64,000 nt of DNA, taken from an uncultured candidatus Porisulfidus sp. (lineage in GTDB: Bacteria > Pseudomonadota > Gammaproteobacteria > Poriferisulfidales > Poriferisulfidaceae). A program made the position numbers and the translations under genes. Positions 18,261-27,796 of this stretch are shown one piece after another. Each line of letters opens with the position of its first letter. Position 1 is the first letter of the stretch. The DNA is taken from NCBI GenBank assembly GCA_965204575.1, contig OZ241993.1:224001-288000 (forward strand), in the 5' to 3' direction. The notes beneath the pieces are model-generated. The model saw only the letters and a list, made by a program, of their open reading frames with translations. It was not told where the DNA came from and ran no database searches.

Positions 18261-19553
18261 TCAATCGCCTTTCCCCGAAGCCAGCACGGCCGCGCCGATG
18301 TCGCGCCGGCAGAATTTGCCCTCGAACCGGATCCTCTCCGCCGCCCGGTAGGCCCGTTCCTTGGCAAGGGCCAGGGTCTCCTCTTTCGCACAAACGCACA
18401 GCACTCTCCCGCCATTCGTCACCACCTGCCCATTGTCTGCCGTCGTCCCGGCGTGGAAGACCTTCACCCCGGCCTCTCCTTCCGCCTCGTCGAGGCCGGT
18501 GATGGGAGCACCTTTCGGATAGCGTCCCGGATAGTCCCGGATTGCCAGTACGACGCCCAGCGTGGGGCGCGGATCCCATTCCGGAACACTTTCGTTCAAG
18601 CGCCCTTCGGTGGCGGCAAGGCAATGGTCCAGCAGGTCCGAATCCAACCGGAACAGGATCGGCTGGGTCTCGGGGTCACCGAACCGGCAGTTGTATTCGA
18701 GCACTTTCGGGTTGCCCCCCGAGTCCAGCATGAGCCCGGCGTATAGAAAGCCCCGGTACCGGGTTCCTTCCGAAGCCAACCCCCGAACCGTGGGGTGGAT
18801 AACCTCCTCAAGGACGCGGCGGTGCAGTTCCGGCGTGATCAGCGGCATCGGCGAGTAAGCGCCCATGCCGCCCGTGTTGGGGCCACGGTTGCCTTCGTCG
18901 CGCGCCTTGTGATCCTGCGACGTGGCCAGTGGAATGACATCCGTCCCGTCCACCAGGCAGATGAAACTGGCTTCCCGTCCTTCCAAGAACTCTTCGATCA
19001 CGATGGCGCGGCCGGCTTCCTGGAACTGTGCTTCCCGCAGCATCGCCGAGGCCGCCTGCTCCGCCTCGGCAATGGAAGTCGCCACAACGACACCCTTGCC
19101 GGCCGCCAGGCCATCGGCCTTGACCACGACCGGGGCCGCCTGCCCGGCCAAGTAACGCCGAGCCTGATCGAAATCGGTGAAGCGTTCGTAGCGTGCCGTG
19201 GGAATCCCGTGGCGCGCCATGAAATCCTTGCTGAAACCCTTGGAACTTTCCAGCCGGGCCGCCTCCTTGCAGGGCCCGAGCACCCGGCAGCCTTCCGCCT
19301 CGAACCGGTCGACCAGGCCGCCCGCCAGCGGATCTTCAGGCCCGACCACGGTCAGGTCGATGCCCTCCGACTTCGCGAAATCCAGCAAGGCGCCGGTATC
19401 CGTGGCGGCAATCGCCACGTTCCGGGTCCCCGGCTCCCGCGCCGTGCCCGCGTTGCCCGGAGCGACGAAAACCTGCTCGGCATCCTTCGACTGCGCGAGC
19501 TTCCAGGCCAGCGCATGCTCCCGGCCCCCTCCCCCGATCACCAGGACCTTCAT
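18261..19553 (-). CDS. purD: Phosphoribosylamine-glycine ligase
   Basis: MKVLVIGGGGREHAL, KADGLAAGKGV, GPNTGGMGAY, RFGDPETQ. Confidence 0.97.
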   Translation of the reverse strand: MKVLVIGGGGREHALAWKLAQSKDAEQVFVAPGNAGTAREPGTRNVAIAATDTGALLDFAKSEGIDLTVVGPEDPLAGGLVDRFEAEGCRVLGPCKEAARLESSKGFSKDFMARHGIPTARYERFTDFDQARRYLAGQAAPVVVKADGLAAGKGVVVATSIAEAEQAASAMLREAQFQEAGRAIVIEEFLEGREASFICLVDGTDVIPLATSQDHKARDEGNRGPNTGGMGAYSPMPLITPELHRRVLEEVIHPTVRGLASEGTRYRGFLYAGLMLDSGGNPKVLEYNCRFGDPETQPILFRLDSDLLDHCLAATEGRLNESVPEWDPRPTLGVVLAIRDYPGRYPKGAPITGLDEAEGEAGVKVFHAGTTADNGQVVTNGGRVLCVCAKEETLALAKERAYRAAERIRFEGKFCRRDIGAAVLASGKGD

Positions 19554-20305
19554 GATTCCGGCCGCTCCCGCGATTGCCGGTCGGCCTCGAACAACAGGAC
19601 GCTGGAGGCGGTGGCCACATTGAGGCTCTCGACTTCGCCCTGCATCGGGATTCCGACGCAAAAATCGCACAGGCCGCGCGTGCGGACGCGGATGCCCCCG
19701 CCCTCGCCGCCCACGACAATCGCCCAAGGCAAGCGGAACGCGGTCTCCCAGAGGTTCGGGCCCGAATCCGCAGCGGCCGCATAGAGCCAGACCCCGGCCT
19801 GTTTGAGTTGCTCCAGGCTGCGCGCCAGGTTGGAAACCCGAACCAGAGGCACCCGCTCGGCTGAGCCCGAAGCCGACTTGAACGCGCTGCCCGTCAGGCG
19901 GGCCTGATGGCGGGCCGGCACGATGACGGCACAAACGCCCGCCGCTTCGGCGACGCGCAGGCAGGCCCCAAGATTGTGCGGATCCGTCACCCCATCCAAT
20001 ACAAGAAAGCGCGCAGAATCAATATCTTTCTTCAGCAACGCGGATAGATCGCTCTCCGACTTGGAAGCCGGGGGACGGATCCGGGCCGCCACACCCTGAT
20101 GCACCGCGTCCCGAGTGTGGCGACGCAGCACGGCGGCATTGACGCGCTGAACCGGGATGCGCAGTTCCTGGGCACGGACTACCAGCGGATCGGTCGGCGA
20201 ATCTTCCTTCCCGTTCTGCAGCCAAAGTTCATGAACGTCCCCGGGGCGGGCCTGCAGGGCCGCCAGCACGGCATGGCGCCCGTAAATCAACTCCGGCGCA
20301 CTCAT
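19550..20305 (-). CDS. rlmB: 23S rRNA Gm2251 methyltransferase
   Basis: HQGV, LDGVTDPHNLGACLR, VESLNVA; follows rnr. Confidence 0.95.
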   Translation of the reverse strand: MSAPELIYGRHAVLAALQARPGDVHELWLQNGKEDSPTDPLVVRAQELRIPVQRVNAAVLRRHTRDAVHQGVAARIRPPASKSESDLSALLKKDIDSARFLVLDGVTDPHNLGACLRVAEAAGVCAVIVPARHQARLTGSAFKSASGSAERVPLVRVSNLARSLEQLKQAGVWLYAAAADSGPNLWETAFRLPWAIVVGGEGGGIRVRTRGLCDFCVGIPMQGEVESLNVATASSVLLFEADRQSRERPES

Positions 20306-22269
20306 TGTCGGCCCCGGCTGCGCCCGTAGTGCCGCGCCAGTGAAATCCTGCGTTCACGGTGGTTGATTTCCCGGATGACCACCTCGATGCGATCCCCCGC
20401 CTGCCAGGCCTCCCCGGTGCGCTTTCCTTGCAGGACCTGAGGGCCCGGTTCGTAGAAATATTCGTCCCCGCCCAGCTTCCGGACATGGAGCAGGCCCTCC
20501 GTATACAGGCCGTCCATTTCCACGAACAGCCCGAACTGCGTGACCGTGCTGACGGTCCCGCCGAAATGTTTCCCCAGGTGCTTCTCCGCAAGGCGGCACT
20601 TGTAGGCCGCCTCGACGTCCCATACGGCCTCGTCGGCCCGCCGCTCCGTCATGGAGCAATGTTCTCCAAGAACCGTGATTTCGGCATGAGAGGGAGACGA
20701 CCCCGATTGCTTCCCTCCCTTCAGCGTCCGGCGGATGGCCCGATGCACGGCCAGGTCCGGGTAGCGCCGGATGGGCGAGGTGAAATGGGCATAGCGTTCC
20801 AATGCCAGGCCGAAGTGGCCGATATTATCGGGCGAATACACGGACAGGCTCTGGCTGCGCAACAGAGCCCGTTCGATCAGCGCTTGATGCTCGGTGCCCC
20901 GGGCCTGCCGAAGCAGGTCGGCGCAATCGCTCGGGGTGACGGGATCACTCGACGGGAATGTCAGGCCGAGGCCTGCGACCAGGGCGCGCAGGGTTTCGAG
21001 TTTTTCCCGCTGGGGCTGATCGTGGATGCGGTAGAGGCTGTGCTGCTTGTGTTGGTGCAACCGTTCGGCCGTGGCCACGTTGGCCAGGATCATGAATTCC
21101 TCGATCAACCGGTGGGACTCGAGCCGGGTGACCGGATGGATGCTCTTGACCTGACCTTGGCCATCGAATTTGAAACGGCACTCGGTACTGCTGAAGTCTA
21201 GGGCTCCGCGACGCTCGCGCCGGGCATGAACCAGCCGGTACAGGGTCGCCAGATTCTCCAGTGCAGGCAAATGGGCGTCGAGACGCTGGCGCGCAGCGGG
21301 CTGGTCCTTGAATACGGCCTGCTCCACGCCCGAATAGGTCAACCGTGCCCGAGAGCGGATCTGTGCCGGGTAAAACCGGGCCGATTGCATCCCTCCGCGG
21401 GGCCCGAGCCGCATTTCGCAGACCAGCGTCTTGCGCTCCACGTCCGGGCGCAGGGAACACAGGTCTTCCGACAGTTCCGGCGGCAGCATCGGGATGACCC
21501 GGTTCGGGAAATAAACCGAAGTTCCCCGCTTGCGTGCCTCGGCATCCAGGGCGCTGCCCGGGCGGACATAGTGCGCGACATCCGCGATCGCCACCCACAG
21601 CGTCCAGCCGGAGCGGGTTTTGCGCGCACAAACGGCGTCGTCGAAATCCTTGGCGTCCGCACCGTCGATGGTCACGAACGGCAGGTCCGTCAAATCCCGC
21701 CGCGGCAACTCGTCCTCAAGCCCGGACAAATCGGCCAATTCCTTGCGGACCCGGCGTGCCCAGGTATACGGCAAACTGTGCGTGGCAATGGCGAGATCGA
21801 CATCCATGTTCTGCTTCGGATCTCCCAGCACGCGGCTGATCTCGGCCTTGCCCGGGTGGCCCTGCTGCGGAAACACCGTGATGTCGGCCACCACCATGTC
21901 CCCGTTCTTCGCATTTGCGTGTTTCGTGGACTCGAAAGCATGCTGGATGCGCGGGTCTTCCGGGACGATGACCGACTTGCGCCGGCCCTCATTCTGGAGC
22001 CGCCCGACCACGGTCTCGTGGCTGCGCTCCAAGACTTCGTGGAACATTCCGCTGGTCTTCCCGCGCCAGCCCGGCTGGCCGGGCCAGACCGAAACGTAGT
22101 CGCCGTGCATCGCGGTGTGCATCTGCGCCTGCGGCAGGAAAATGTCTTCTCCCCCGCTGTCCGGCGTGACGAAGCCGTAGCCGTCACGGTGGGCGGCGAG
22201 GCGCCCGTGGACCGGCTTGGAAGAAGTAGACTGACGAGTGGATCGCCGGGAGGATCTGCGGCGCGGCAT
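20302..22269 (-). CDS. rnr: Ribonuclease R (compact form)
   Basis: HRDGYGF, TIDGADAKDFDDA, HFTSPIRRYPDL, C-terminal S1 domain. Confidence 0.93.
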   Translation of the reverse strand: MPRRRSSRRSTRQSTSSKPVHGRLAAHRDGYGFVTPDSGGEDIFLPQAQMHTAMHGDYVSVWPGQPGWRGKTSGMFHEVLERSHETVVGRLQNEGRRKSVIVPEDPRIQHAFESTKHANAKNGDMVVADITVFPQQGHPGKAEISRVLGDPKQNMDVDLAIATHSLPYTWARRVRKELADLSGLEDELPRRDLTDLPFVTIDGADAKDFDDAVCARKTRSGWTLWVAIADVAHYVRPGSALDAEARKRGTSVYFPNRVIPMLPPELSEDLCSLRPDVERKTLVCEMRLGPRGGMQSARFYPAQIRSRARLTYSGVEQAVFKDQPAARQRLDAHLPALENLATLYRLVHARRERRGALDFSSTECRFKFDGQGQVKSIHPVTRLESHRLIEEFMILANVATAERLHQHKQHSLYRIHDQPQREKLETLRALVAGLGLTFPSSDPVTPSDCADLLRQARGTEHQALIERALLRSQSLSVYSPDNIGHFGLALERYAHFTSPIRRYPDLAVHRAIRRTLKGGKQSGSSPSHAEITVLGEHCSMTERRADEAVWDVEAAYKCRLAEKHLGKHFGGTVSTVTQFGLFVEMDGLYTEGLLHVRKLGGDEYFYEPGPQVLQGKRTGEAWQAGDRIEVVIREINHRERRISLARHYGRSRGRQ

Positions 22270-22392
22270 GGAATAAATTGCGGGGAAGCGAAAAACCTGG
22301 AAGGCACCAATTGTAGGATTTTCATTTTAACCCGGTGCGATAGATGACGCACCCAAGGGTGCTAGGATGGAATAGTATCGCTAGCCGTTCCC

Positions 22393-22725
22393 ATGATCCT
22401 GAACATCACCATCAACGAGCAGTCCTATCCAATCCGGATTCCGGACGGGATGCCCGGGGAAGCCGCCGACATGTTCGCCCGCATGGATGCTGACATGGAC
22501 CGGGGCTGGCAGATGTCCCGGGTCTGGGTCGATCGCCCGGATTCCCATCAGCGCTGCCAGATCGTCGCCGACCGGCTGCTGACGGCGATGGAAAATCAAA
22601 ATCAGGAACTGGCCACGATGATGGCCGCCTACATCGTGGCACGGATGCCGGACGTCCGGGAAGTCGTCATTGACACCAGCGGAGACATGACACAGACCCA
22701 GATTGAGCGCGGAGACCAGCCGTAA
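22393..22725 (+). CDS. Conserved hypothetical protein
   Basis: Clean ORF with core-like codon usage; MDADMDRGWQMSRVWV..RCQIVADRLLTA resembles proteins I recall from sulfur-oxidising proteobacteria. Confidence 0.7.
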   Translation: MILNITINEQSYPIRIPDGMPGEAADMFARMDADMDRGWQMSRVWVDRPDSHQRCQIVADRLLTAMENQNQELATMMAAYIVARMPDVREVVIDTSGDMTQTQIERGDQP

Positions 22726-22742
22726 GGCTGGAAAATCCTACA

Positions 22743-24431
22743 TTACTCGTAAAACGCGGCGATGGTCTCGTCGTATTTCTCATGAAGGGCGCGACGCCGC
22801 AATTTCAGCGTCGCAGTCATCAATCCGTCCCGTTCGCTCCACGGCTCGGTCTCAATGTGCAGGCGTTTGATTCGCGCGTATCCCGGGAAGTTGTGCAACA
22901 AGTCGCCCGTGGCATCCAGTAATCGAGCCTCATCCACCGGTTCATCGACCACCACCACGGCCGACAGGAACGGCCGCCCCTCCCCGGTGACCCAGGCCTG
23001 ACTGATGCGGGGGTCATTGCATAGGGCGCTTTCCAGGTCCTCCGGCGGAACTTTCTCCCCGTTGGACAGCACGATGATTTCCTTTGCCCGCCCGACGATA
23101 TAGATATGGCCATCCTCGATGCGGGCCAAATCGCCCGTATGGAACCATCCCTCGCGGTCAATGGCGGCCTTCGTCGCCTCGGGATTGTCCAGATAGCCCG
23201 GCATGACTCCCTGCCCTTTCACCAGCAATTCCTGGTCATCGGCCAGTTTCACCTCCACGCCCTCGAGCGGCGGACCGACCGAACCGCGCCGGATGTCGCC
23301 GTCCCGATTGACGCTGACCACCGGGGAGGTTTCCGTCAAGCCATAGCCCTGAAGCACCTTCAGGCCAATTCCCGCGAAGAAGTCCGCAACCGAAGAATTC
23401 ATCGCCGCACCGCCGGTGATGGCAAGCCGCAGGTGTCCGCCCAGGCCTTGAAGAACTTTCTTCCCGATCAGACGGCGCGGCAGCAAACCAAGAATCCGCC
23501 ACAAGGACAAAGGACCTGCGCGGCCTGCTCGCCGGCCGAGCGACACTAGGAGCCGTCCGACCGGGCTATTCAGCGGGCGTCTTGAAGTCAGGGCGCGATA
23601 GATCTTTTCGTAGACGCGCGGCACCGATACCATGATGGTGGGCGGCTGCAGGCGAAGATCCTCGCGCAAGGTGGCAACAGAACGGGCAAACGCCACCGTG
23701 GATCCGTGCAACATGGGCGAGTAGTAGCCGACCGTCCGTTCGAACATGTGCGACAGCGGGAGGAAAGACAGCAGCCGGTCTTCCGATCCGATCGGGACTG
23801 CGGCAGTCGCGGCGATGGCGTTGCTCAGGATGTTGGCATGGGTCAGCTGGACGCCCTTGGGCCGGCCGGTGGTCCCCGATGTAAATACGATCGTCGCGAC
23901 GGAGTCGGGATCGTTCTGCGTCACCTGGTACGGTGATGGGGCGATGTCGGAAAGTTCCAAGGGAAATGGCCTGACTTCCGTATCCGGGATCCTGATGGCA
24001 CTGAAGATATGTTCGACACCGGGCATGCGGGCGCATTCGCTTTCGAGTTCCTGCCACTGCGCATGCCCGCCGATGAACAATGCGCGCATGCGGCTGCGTT
24101 CGGCCACGTAAGCGACATTGCCTCCCCGGTCCCGATGGTACAGCGGCACGGTCACAATCCCGAGGCCGGCCGCAGCCAGGTCCAGGGTGACCCAGTAAGT
24201 TCCGCCGTGTGCCATGATGCCGATCCGGTCCCCGGCTTCGAGACCGAGCGCTTTAAGCAGAAACTGGGCCCGGCCGGCCTGTTCGTGCACCGACTCCCAA
24301 CTGTGCCTGAACCATTTGCCCAGCACATGGCTGTACTCGACGTAGGCCACCGCGTCCGGCGTGGCCGCGACTCGCTCTTCGAACAGTTGCCCCAGAGTGC
24401 TTTCGGGTGAAACCTGACCCAATATGCTCAT
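22743..24431 (-). CDS. fadD: Long-chain fatty acid-CoA ligase
   Basis: FTSGTTGRPKG, LPLSHMFER, QGYGLTE, TGD. Confidence 0.85.
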   Translation of the reverse strand: MSILGQVSPESTLGQLFEERVAATPDAVAYVEYSHVLGKWFRHSWESVHEQAGRAQFLLKALGLEAGDRIGIMAHGGTYWVTLDLAAAGLGIVTVPLYHRDRGGNVAYVAERSRMRALFIGGHAQWQELESECARMPGVEHIFSAIRIPDTEVRPFPLELSDIAPSPYQVTQNDPDSVATIVFTSGTTGRPKGVQLTHANILSNAIAATAAVPIGSEDRLLSFLPLSHMFERTVGYYSPMLHGSTVAFARSVATLREDLRLQPPTIMVSVPRVYEKIYRALTSRRPLNSPVGRLLVSLGRRAGRAGPLSLWRILGLLPRRLIGKKVLQGLGGHLRLAITGGAAMNSSVADFFAGIGLKVLQGYGLTETSPVVSVNRDGDIRRGSVGPPLEGVEVKLADDQELLVKGQGVMPGYLDNPEATKAAIDREGWFHTGDLARIEDGHIYIVGRAKEIIVLSNGEKVPPEDLESALCNDPRISQAWVTGEGRPFLSAVVVVDEPVDEARLLDATGDLLHNFPGYARIKRLHIETEPWSERDGLMTATLKLRRRALHEKYDETIAAFYE

Positions 24432-26452
24432 GGAACCGTTTTGCGCAAGTGCTCCGAATCCCAGCCCGGCCCGGGGGCAAATCTCGGCCCGTAACGTTTC
24501 TCAAGCTCCTCCAAGCGCCGGCAGACCGCTTCTGTTCGCCGCCGCCGTACCAGGGCCAGCGGTCCCCCGGTGAAAGGCGCAAAGCCGGTTCCCAGGATCA
24601 ACCCCGCATCGATCCAGTCCGCCCGTTCCACCAAGCCTTCATGCAGGCAATGCACGGCTTCGCGCACCATGCTGAGGGTGAGCCGGTCCTCGCAATCCCG
24701 TGACGGCTTCCCGCCGCGCAGGCGTTTTACTTCCCCGTTCTTCCAACGATAGAAGCCCCGCCCGGTCTTGCGCCCCAGATGACCCGCCTCGACGGTTTCG
24801 GTCAAGGTCTTCGGGATCTCCGCCCCCTGGGCCTCGGCCAGGGTCGAACCGGCTGCAAGACAGATGTCGAGCCCCACCATGTCTGCCAACTTCAACGGAC
24901 CCATCGGCATGCCGAATGCCGTCGCCACATGATCGATGGTGGCCACCGACAGCCCCTCTTCCCGGAGGCGGACTGCCTCCAGAAGGTAAGGCATGAGCAC
25001 ACGGTTGACCAGGAATCCCGGTGAGGACTTCACGATCAGCGGCACCCGCCGGATACGTCGGACAAAGCCCGCGGCCCGACCGACCAGTGGCTGCTGCCCG
25101 GGATCGTGGGAGATGACCTCCACCAGCGGCATTTTGGAGACCGGATTGAAGAAGTGGATGCCGATCAACCGGGAGGGGTCATCCAGGGTCTGCGCAAGCC
25201 TTTCGAGGGGCAGGCTCGATGTGTTGCTCGCGAGCAGGGCGTCCGGGCGCATCCGGGACTGCAACCGGCGGTACAGTTCCTGCTTGGCTCCGAGATTCTC
25301 GAAGATCGCCTCGACCACGAGGTCTGCCGCTTCGACCCCGTACCCTTCCGGATCCGGAATCAGGCGATCCAGCACGGCTCGCGTATCTTCCGGGCGACGA
25401 TCAAGCAGTCGGCGGGCGCGCCGGATGGCCGGGGCGATCTGTTCCGGCCCCATGTCCTGAAGCGTTACCCGCAACCCGTTCAGGGCACACCAGGTGGCAA
25501 TGTCTCCCCCCATCACCCCGGCACCGACGACATGGACATTGGAGACTCCCTCCCTGTCCGAGGCTTGGCTGTTGAGTTCTTGGCGGAGCAGGAATACCCG
25601 TGTCAACTGGCGCGACTGCGGCGTCTCGAACAAATCCGCCACGGACTGCGCTTCGGATTCAAGTGCCGTAGCGGAATCCTCGCCCAAGTCTTGCCAATGC
25701 TTGAGCAACCGGTATGGGGCCGGATAATGTTCCTTGGGGGCAACCGATTTCATGCCACGGGCATAGGCCCATGCGACTGCCTCGCGCAGGACCGGCACAC
25801 GAGGCACCCGATCGCGCCATGACAGGCGGCGCTCGGCGGGACGGCTCCGGAGCATCTCCCGTGCGGCCGGATACAACTGGCGCCGCGGCACCACCGCATC
25901 CACCAATTTCAACTTCAAGGCCTCTGCACCGGACACGGCCTTGCCGGTCACCATCATCCGCAACGCCTTCATGTCGCCGACCAAAGCCGGCAGTCGCACG
26001 GAACCCCCGTATCCCGGATGGATGCCGAGCCGCACTTCGGGCAACCCGATCTGGACCTGAGGCCCACTTTCCGCGATCCGGTAGTCGCAGGCCAGCGCCA
26101 ACTCCAGTCCGCCGCCCAGACAGTGCCCGCGGATCGCGGCGATGGTCGGGCAGTCCAAGTTCGCCCAGTCCTCGAACAGCTTCTGCCCCCGGCGCAGCAT
26201 CGCCAAGGCCTGGTCCCGGTCTTCCAGTTTCGTGAATTCGGTCACATCCGCACCCATCGCAAAAGCGCGCTCAGGGTCCGAGCCGAGAATGACACCCGGA
26301 GGGGATTCGGTATACAGATGCTCCAGCACCTCTTCCAACTCGTCCAGCACTCCACTGTGCAGCACGTTCACCGAGCGGCCGGCCACCTCCAGATACAGCT
26401 CCAGGTTGCCGCCTTCACCCGTCACAAACCGCCAGTGCCGCCAATTGTTCAC
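24428..26452 (-). CDS. fadJ: Enoyl-CoA hydratase / 3-hydroxyacyl-CoA dehydrogenase
   Basis: GGGLELALACD, LPEVRLG, VGAGVMGG, NTSS, HFFNP. Confidence 0.88.
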   Translation of the reverse strand: MNNWRHWRFVTGEGGNLELYLEVAGRSVNVLHSGVLDELEEVLEHLYTESPPGVILGSDPERAFAMGADVTEFTKLEDRDQALAMLRRGQKLFEDWANLDCPTIAAIRGHCLGGGLELALACDYRIAESGPQVQIGLPEVRLGIHPGYGGSVRLPALVGDMKALRMMVTGKAVSGAEALKLKLVDAVVPRRQLYPAAREMLRSRPAERRLSWRDRVPRVPVLREAVAWAYARGMKSVAPKEHYPAPYRLLKHWQDLGEDSATALESEAQSVADLFETPQSRQLTRVFLLRQELNSQASDREGVSNVHVVGAGVMGGDIATWCALNGLRVTLQDMGPEQIAPAIRRARRLLDRRPEDTRAVLDRLIPDPEGYGVEAADLVVEAIFENLGAKQELYRRLQSRMRPDALLASNTSSLPLERLAQTLDDPSRLIGIHFFNPVSKMPLVEVISHDPGQQPLVGRAAGFVRRIRRVPLIVKSSPGFLVNRVLMPYLLEAVRLREEGLSVATIDHVATAFGMPMGPLKLADMVGLDICLAAGSTLAEAQGAEIPKTLTETVEAGHLGRKTGRGFYRWKNGEVKRLRGGKPSRDCEDRLTLSMVREAVHCLHEGLVERADWIDAGLILGTGFAPFTGGPLALVRRRRTEAVCRRLEELEKRYGPRFAPGPGWDSEHLRKTVP

Positions 26453-27750
26453 GACACGTGCTCCAGCAGTGCGGCACCGCCCTGCCCTCCGCCGATGCAT
26501 AAGCTTGCGACGCCGAACCGCCCCTTCATGTGTTGCAGCTGCTTGAGGACATGCAGCACGATCCGTGCGCCCGTCATGCCTACCGGGTGACCAATCGCGA
26601 CCGCCCCGCCATGCGGATTGAGCCGTTCCTTATCGATTGGCGCAAGGCAATCGGTCCGGCCCAGCACTTCGCGCATGTAGGTTTCGTCCTGCCAGGCCGC
26701 CAAGCATGCCAGGACCTGCACCGCAAATGCTTCGTTGATTTCGAAGCAATCGATTTCAGCAACCGTGACCTCGGCCTGGTCGAACAGATTCCGCATCGCA
26801 TGCACCGGTCCAAGCCCCATCACGACCGGATCCAGCGCGGCCCAGTTGATGTGGTGCAAGATGCCGAGGATCGGAAGCCGGTATTTCTCGATCGCCTCTT
26901 CCGAGGCCAACAGCAACGCGGCCGCACCATCGCTGATTTGCGCACTGTTGCCGGCCGTCACGTTGCCGTTCGGAGAATCGAATGCCGGTCGCAGCCGGCC
27001 CAGTTGATCCAGGGAAGAATCGCGTCGCACGCCAGTATCCTGCGCATAGGCTTCACCGGTCAACCCGTCGTACAGAGGGGTGATCTCGTCATCGAAAACC
27101 CCCGCATCCTGTGCCCGTGCAGCGAGCTCGTGGCTTTCCAGCGCAAAGGTATCCATCGCCCGCCGGGAAATCCGGAAACGGTACGCCAGTTCTTCCGCGG
27201 TCTGGCCCATGTTGAGATCAACGACCGGATCGGTCAAACCGCACTTGAGAGCGCTAACTGGGTTCAGCATGCGGGGCCTGAATCCCAGCACCGCGCGTAA
27301 TCGGGCCCAACGCCCTCTCGCCCGGCTGAAACGTCCGAGCCAGGACACGGCTTCCGGCCCGAGCAGCACGGGCGCGCGGCTCATTGCCTCGACTCCTCCG
27401 GCGAGGATCAAGTCCGAAGCGCCCTGCGCGATGCGTTGCGCCGCCGCATCCAGTGCCTGCATCCCGGATGCACAGTTGCGCTGGACGGTATGCGCGGGCA
27501 CACTCAGGTCCAACCCCAGGCGGAGGCCGATTATCCGGGAGATGTTGGCCTCGGACTCGCTGGGCATCACGCAGCCCCAGACCAGTTCCTGTATTCCCTC
27601 TCGAACCTCCGGATGCCGCAGGATAAGGTCCCGGCTGCAGGCCACCGCCAGGTCACTCGCGGAAAACGGCCCCGGGGAGCCGGACGCCTTGAGGATCGGC
27701 GTGCGCCGGCCGTCGACGACGTAGACCGTGCGCCCGTAGTTCAGCGGCAT
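26449..27750 (-). CDS. fadI: Acetyl-CoA C-acyltransferase (thiolase)
   Basis: NCASG, EINEAF, GHPVG, CIGGGQG. Confidence 0.88.
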   Translation of the reverse strand: MPLNYGRTVYVVDGRRTPILKASGSPGPFSASDLAVACSRDLILRHPEVREGIQELVWGCVMPSESEANISRIIGLRLGLDLSVPAHTVQRNCASGMQALDAAAQRIAQGASDLILAGGVEAMSRAPVLLGPEAVSWLGRFSRARGRWARLRAVLGFRPRMLNPVSALKCGLTDPVVDLNMGQTAEELAYRFRISRRAMDTFALESHELAARAQDAGVFDDEITPLYDGLTGEAYAQDTGVRRDSSLDQLGRLRPAFDSPNGNVTAGNSAQISDGAAALLLASEEAIEKYRLPILGILHHINWAALDPVVMGLGPVHAMRNLFDQAEVTVAEIDCFEINEAFAVQVLACLAAWQDETYMREVLGRTDCLAPIDKERLNPHGGAVAIGHPVGMTGARIVLHVLKQLQHMKGRFGVASLCIGGGQGGAALLEHVS

Positions 27751-27796
27751 GACTGGCGCCGGGTTGCGGCGGGTCTCGGCAGATCCTGGAGACTCA